Position numbers and translations under genes: made by a program. This document shows, in pieces, positions 59,679 to 64,000 of a stretch of 64,000 nt of DNA. The stretch is from Thermodesulfovibrionales bacterium (GTDB taxonomy: Bacteria; Nitrospirota; Thermodesulfovibrionia; Thermodesulfovibrionales; SM23-35). Position 1 is the first letter of the stretch. Every line of letters begins with the position of its first letter. A model generated the notes under the pieces. The model ran no database searches. It worked only from the letters and a program-made list of their open reading frames with translations, and was not told where the DNA came from. The stretch is taken from positions 780,078-844,077 of the forward strand of contig OY970295.1 in NCBI GenBank assembly GCA_963716185.1, given 5' to 3'.

Positions 59679-61505
59679 TCATTCAACAGTAACGCTCTTG
59701 GCGAGGTTCCTCGGCTGATCTACATCACACCCCCTTAAAACTCCAATGTGATATGCAAGCAATTGTACGGGAACAGCCGCCAACACCGGCGTGAGATAAG
59801 GGTTCGTTTTAGGCACAAAGATGCATCTGTCCGAAATAGCGCAAACATCATCGGCGGTGTCATTTGTGATCGATATAATCTTGCCCCCCCTGCTCTTTAC
59901 CTCCTGAATATTGGAGGCTATCTTTTCACGGAGGTTGTCCCCGGGTGCGAGGACAACGACAGGCAGCTCTTCATCTATAAGCGCTATCGGGCCGTGTTTC
60001 ATCTCACCCGCCGGATATCCTTCCGCATGGATATAGGATATCTCCTTTAATTTGAGAGCGCCTTCAAGTGCAATCGGATAATTTATCCCCCTCCCGAGAT
60101 AAAGAAAATCTTTCGCCTTGAAATAATCCTTTGCAATAATTTTTATATTTTCATCCGAGTCCAAAGTTTCTTCCACTTTGCCCGGAAGCATCAGGAGATC
60201 TCTTGACAACTCCTTCGACATGTCCTCTGATATTGTGCCCCGTATATTCCCTATGCCGCACGCAAGAAGATAAAGTCCGACGAGCTGGGTCGTAAAGGCC
60301 TTTGTAGAGGCAACGCCTATCTCCGGTCCCGAGTGGGTGTAAAAAACCGCATCGGCGTCTCTTGAAGAAGTGCTGCCCACTACATTGCATATACTAAGCA
60401 CTTTTGCGCCAAGCCTTTTTGCTTCCCTCTGGGCGGCGAGTGTGTCCGCAGTCTCTCCTGACTGTGTTATGACAATCATGAGGTCTCCGGTTCTGATAAT
60501 CGGCTTTCTGTACCGAAACTCCGAGGCTATATCAACCTCAACGGGTATCCTCACAAGTCCTTCTATCATGTATTTGCCGATAATGGCCGCATGGTAAGAG
60601 GTGCCGCAGGCCACTATGAAAATCTTTTCGACAGTCTTTATTTCAGATTCAGCCAGGCCGAATTCTTCCAGATTGACTTCACCGTTTTCCGCATTCAATC
60701 TCCCCCTCACGGTATCAGCAATGGCCCTCGGCTGCTCGTAGATCTCCTTTAGCATAAAATGTTTAAAACCGCCCTTTTCCGCCATCGAAGGACTCCACGA
60801 TACCGCCCTCACCTCTTTGTTGACGGGCATTCCGTCTACCCGTGTAATTTCAGCGCCCCGGCTGGTCAGAACGACCATCTCCCCGTCATCCAAAAATATC
60901 ACGTCTCTTGAATAACTCAGGAACGCAGGGATGTCCGAGGCAACAAAAAATTCTCCGTCACCCAGACCGACAACAAGCGGGCTATCTTTCCTTACGCCTA
61001 CAATCTTACCGGGTTCATCCTCCTTGATAACCGCGAGGGCATAGCTGCCTTCAACTTCTTTCAATGCCTCTCTTACGGCTTCTTCAAAGGGATACCTCTT
61101 CGCGTAATCCTCTATAAGATGGCAGAGGACCTCTGTGTCGGTTTCCGAAGTGAAAATAAAGCCTTTTTCGATCAGTTTCTTCTTGAGGGGAAGGTAATTT
61201 TCCACAATGCCGTTATGTACCAGGACAACGCCGTTTGACCTGTGGGGATGAGCATTTTCATCTGAAGGTTTTCCGTGCGTCGCCCATCTTGTGTGTCCTA
61301 TTGTAGTGTGGCTGGACGGATTTTCAGATTCAATCAGAGAAGCAAGCTCCTGTATCTTGCCCCGGCACCTTCTGACCTCTACGCCGCCCTCTGAGAAAAA
61401 AGCTATTCCAGCGGAATCGTAGCCTCTGTATTCAAGGCGCTTCAGGCCTTCAAGCACCACGGAAACGGCATTCCTATTTCCTATATATCCGATTATTCCA
61501 CACAT
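59679..61505 (-). CDS. glmS: glutamine--fructose-6-phosphate aminotransferase
   Basis: N-terminal MCGIIGY, two SIS domains, and C-terminal KSVTVE. Confidence 0.97.
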   Translation of the reverse strand: MCGIIGYIGNRNAVSVVLEGLKRLEYRGYDSAGIAFFSEGGVEVRRCRGKIQELASLIESENPSSHTTIGHTRWATHGKPSDENAHPHRSNGVVLVHNGIVENYLPLKKKLIEKGFIFTSETDTEVLCHLIEDYAKRYPFEEAVREALKEVEGSYALAVIKEDEPGKIVGVRKDSPLVVGLGDGEFFVASDIPAFLSYSRDVIFLDDGEMVVLTSRGAEITRVDGMPVNKEVRAVSWSPSMAEKGGFKHFMLKEIYEQPRAIADTVRGRLNAENGEVNLEEFGLAESEIKTVEKIFIVACGTSYHAAIIGKYMIEGLVRIPVEVDIASEFRYRKPIIRTGDLMIVITQSGETADTLAAQREAKRLGAKVLSICNVVGSTSSRDADAVFYTHSGPEIGVASTKAFTTQLVGLYLLACGIGNIRGTISEDMSKELSRDLLMLPGKVEETLDSDENIKIIAKDYFKAKDFLYLGRGINYPIALEGALKLKEISYIHAEGYPAGEMKHGPIALIDEELPVVVLAPGDNLREKIASNIQEVKSRGGKIISITNDTADDVCAISDRCIFVPKTNPYLTPVLAAVPVQLLAYHIGVLRGCDVDQPRNLAKSVTVE

Positions 61506-61508
61506 ACC

Positions 61509-61594
61509 AGTAGATAGTAGACAGTAAAAAGTAGACAGCTGTTACAAAGGGGTGTGGTGTTCCCCTGTTTGCTGTCTACTAACTGCTGTCTACT
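61509..61594 (-). promoter_or_regulatory. long imperfect hairpin spanning the glmU stop and the glmS translation-initiation region
   Basis: GTAGACAG (61517-61524) and GTAGACAGC (61531-61539) pair with GCTGTCTAC (61571-61579) and CTGTCTAC (61586-61593). There is a GC-rich apex and a T7 run on the plus strand. Confidence 0.5.
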
Positions 61595-63002
61595 TTTTTT
61601 CTCCTTTCACTTTTAACTTTTCACTCTTAACTTTTAACTGTCTTTTAGTTGCCCATCCTTCAACATTTATCTGCTCCACCCTGCTCATAGAAAGAGATCC
61701 CGAAGGCACATCTTTCGTTATGGTAGATCCCGCCCCGACATATGCGCCTTTCCTCACCTTCACAGGGGCGACGAGTTGGGAATCACTGCCTATAAATACA
61801 TTGTCTTCTATGGTGGTAACATGTTTTCTGTGGCCGTCATAATTGCAGGTTATTGTACCCGCGCCTACATTCACGTTCCTCCCTATCTTTGCGTCCCCGA
61901 GATATGTTAAATGCTGTGCCTTTGTACCCGGGCCTATTACAGATTTTTTGACCTCCACAAAATTACCTATCTTTGAGCCGATGCCGATGTCGGACCCCGG
62001 CCTTAAGTGAGCAAACGGGCCGACCGAGGCCCCTTTATTTACGACGGATTCCTCGATCAACGTGGAATCCTTGATAATTGCGCCGTCTTTTATGATGCTG
62101 TCAAGGATCCTCACATTAGGATATATAGTGCACCCCATGCCTATCTTCGTATTTCCCTCGAGATGAACATTAGGGTAAATCATTGTGCCTTTGCCGATAT
62201 GGACGTTCGACGACAAAAAAACCGAATTTGAATCGACAAAATTTACGCCTCCGTCCGCCAATCTCTTTATTATTCTTCCTTTCACCAGCCGCCCGGCCTT
62301 TTCCAGTTCATCCCGTGTATTGACACCGATGAATTCATCTTCGGAACCTATACAAAAAGCGCCCGCTTTCAGACCTTTTCTTCCGGCGACATAGACAATA
62401 TCGGTCAGATAATATTCGCCCCTTGATTCATTAAGCTTTATCTCTTTTAACAGAGAAAGGGCTTCAGGCTCCATAGCATATACGCCGCTGTTGACCTCTT
62501 TTATTGTCTTCTGGGTCGCCGTAGCATCTCTGTCCTCGATCACGGACATAATATTGCCTCTTTGGGCCCTTATGATCCTGCCGTATGACCCGGGGTCCCG
62601 GGCCATGAACGAAAGGAGAGAGAGTTTATTTCCGTGCTTCTTGTGGAGTGCGAGAAATTTCTTAAGGGTCCCGGGTGTAATTAGAGGCGTATCACCGTTG
62701 ACAACTACCACAGTCCCTCTGCCGTTGCCGATATGCGGCGCCGCACTCAGGAGCGCATCTCCCGTCCCCTTCGCATCTCTCTGTTCGGCAAAAGAGATTT
62801 CACCGGAAGCCTGCAGAGACGTTTTAATTTCTTCAAAATGCTTTCCCACTACCACAACAATTTTTTGCGGTTTCAGCCTCTGCAGAGTGTCTAAAACATA
62901 CTGGAGCATCGTTGCGCCGTACAGCCTGTGCAATACCTTGGGCAGGGATGAATTCATCCTCTTCCCGAGCCCGGCGGCCAGAACAACACAGGTCAGTTTC
63001 AT
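61590..63002 (-). CDS. glmU: bifunctional UDP-N-acetylglucosamine pyrophosphorylase / glucosamine-1-phosphate N-acetyltransferase
   Basis: LAAGLGKRMNSSLPKVLH and left-handed beta-helix hexapeptide repeats. Lys-rich C-terminal tail (LKVKSEKLKVKGEKK) encoded by low-complexity DNA. Confidence 0.95.
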   Translation of the reverse strand: MKLTCVVLAAGLGKRMNSSLPKVLHRLYGATMLQYVLDTLQRLKPQKIVVVVGKHFEEIKTSLQASGEISFAEQRDAKGTGDALLSAAPHIGNGRGTVVVVNGDTPLITPGTLKKFLALHKKHGNKLSLLSFMARDPGSYGRIIRAQRGNIMSVIEDRDATATQKTIKEVNSGVYAMEPEALSLLKEIKLNESRGEYYLTDIVYVAGRKGLKAGAFCIGSEDEFIGVNTRDELEKAGRLVKGRIIKRLADGGVNFVDSNSVFLSSNVHIGKGTMIYPNVHLEGNTKIGMGCTIYPNVRILDSIIKDGAIIKDSTLIEESVVNKGASVGPFAHLRPGSDIGIGSKIGNFVEVKKSVIGPGTKAQHLTYLGDAKIGRNVNVGAGTITCNYDGHRKHVTTIEDNVFIGSDSQLVAPVKVRKGAYVGAGSTITKDVPSGSLSMSRVEQINVEGWATKRQLKVKSEKLKVKGEKK

Positions 63003-63619
63003 CCCTTCACCTCGGACAGCCTCGGAGGAGTCGCGATACCGCCGGAAAGAATGATCTTTATTCCCTCGTCTATCGTGAGGTCGGTATAAAACACGCTCTC
63101 CTGCCCGAAGAGTGCTATTTCACCGAGATAAAGATTGTTAGTGGGGATATAGACGGCCTTCAGAACGGACTCACCGCCGTCTCTCTCCACTTTTACAACA
63201 CATTCCTTGGTCAGAAATCCGAATGCAAAAACTCCGGGTCTCGGGTACTCGACAACAACAAATTTCTTGAATGACGAACTCTTGCTTTCCGGTGAAAAAG
63301 CGTCAACGAGTTGTTTAACAGCCGTATATATCCCCTTGAAAACAGGTATCTTAAGAATGAAATGCTCGAAAAATTCGATTATCTTCCTGCCGAAGACGTT
63401 TGTTGAAACAATTCCTATTATAAATATCAGTATCAGGGCTGAAATAAAGCCGAGACCCCAAACATGATATCCGAGGATCTTAAAATAAATAGGCTCAAGA
63501 AAGCTGTCGACAAATTTAAAAAACCATCCGATAATCAGAAAGGTGATAATCGCAGGTATCGATATGAGAAGTCCGGCGAAGAATTTCCTTTTGAAGGTGG
63601 CGCGGATGGACGTCACCAT
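62999..63619 (-). CDS. DUF502-family membrane protein
   Basis: Two N-terminal TM helices, then a conserved soluble part (YPRPG...). 4-nt overlap with glmU. Confidence 0.75.
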   Translation of the reverse strand: MVTSIRATFKRKFFAGLLISIPAIITFLIIGWFFKFVDSFLEPIYFKILGYHVWGLGFISALILIFIIGIVSTNVFGRKIIEFFEHFILKIPVFKGIYTAVKQLVDAFSPESKSSSFKKFVVVEYPRPGVFAFGFLTKECVVKVERDGGESVLKAVYIPTNNLYLGEIALFGQESVFYTDLTIDEGIKIILSGGIATPPRLSEVKG

Positions 63620-63621
63620 AA

Positions 63622-64000
63622 TTATTTCCCGACCTTGGCGATCACTTCATCGGAGACATCGAAGTTGGTATAAACGTTCTGGACATCTTCATGGTCCTCG
63701 AGCGCTTCCACAAGCCTCATCATCTGGTCCGCTTGTCTCTCATCGAGGGCCGCATAATTTTTCGGCAGCATGGTTATCTCTGCCAGCGACACCGGGATAC
63801 CCGATGCTTCTATAGAAGTCTTTATCTTTTCCAGATTCTCGGGGGCCGCAATAATTTCGTAGTTGTCCTCTTTCGGGTCATTCTTCATGTCTTCCGCGCC
63901 TGCGTCGAGGGCCGCCGACATCAGCGTATCTTCATCGACCTTTGCCTTCTCGACAAGAATATAGCCTTTCTTTTCGAACATCCAGGATACGCAGCCGGCC
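63622..64000 (-). CDS. YebC/PmpR family protein, C-terminal part (gene runs off the window)
   Basis: ...DAGAEDM...YEI...PENL...[17 protein letters not shown]. The reading frame is open to the window edge. Confidence 0.85.
   Translation of the reverse strand, partial: AGCVSWMFEKKGYILVEKAKVDEDTLMSAALDAGAEDMKNDPKEDNYEIIAAPENLEKIKTSIEASGIPVSLAEITMLPKNYAALDERQADQMMRLVEALEDHEDVQNVYTNFDVSDEVIAKVGK

Noticed and set aside
61506-61589. A glmS ribozyme upstream of glmS.
   Set aside because: The spacer is only 84 nt and lacks the conserved ribozyme core, which is considerably longer. I interpret it instead as a simple long hairpin.

Overview
This 64-kb window looks like chromosomal DNA from a diderm bacterium with an anaerobe-like gene set. 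I cannot assign a taxon from sequence alone. Nearly all of it is coding. (1) Positions 199-9218 (+ strand) hold an eight-gene cluster. Five c-type cytochromes carry 44 CXXCH motifs plus one CX3CH. Two paralogous NHL-repeat lipoproteins flank a 617-aa predicted outer-membrane beta-barrel. I read this as a porin-cytochrome type electron conduit of uncharacterised composition, and it is the best candidate for a novel system. (2) Positions 9420-18420 (- strand) hold a hydrogenase-maturation cluster: hypA, hypB, hypF, hypD, hypE and an endopeptidase-like gene. It has no hypC and no hydrogenase structural genes. pdxJ is embedded in it, and a small Fe-S protein resembling a TIM-barrel-less corrinoid Fe-S protein is tightly coupled to hypD. 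(3) Housekeeping genes follow: ribD, gltB, trx, a MATE pump, a divergent CysRS-like ligase, a phosphohexomutase, obg, rpmA/rplU, dnaB, rplI, mlaFED, panD, gatC, pcrA, glmS/glmU and yebC. (4) Positions 43.2-55.2 kb form a co-oriented efflux array: TetR, an RND pump, TolC, a MacAB-type ABC pump and an EmrAB-type MFS pump. (5) Most intergenic gaps longer than about 100 bp that I inspected carry GC-hairpin repeat elements of several families. One recurrent component is the 18-bp perfect palindrome TCCCGAAAGCTTTCGGGA. It sits at the apex of other hairpins, and a variant sits in frame inside a CDS. HypF also carries extra in-frame segments that resemble these repeats. I recognised no rRNA, tRNA, CRISPR array or transposase gene.
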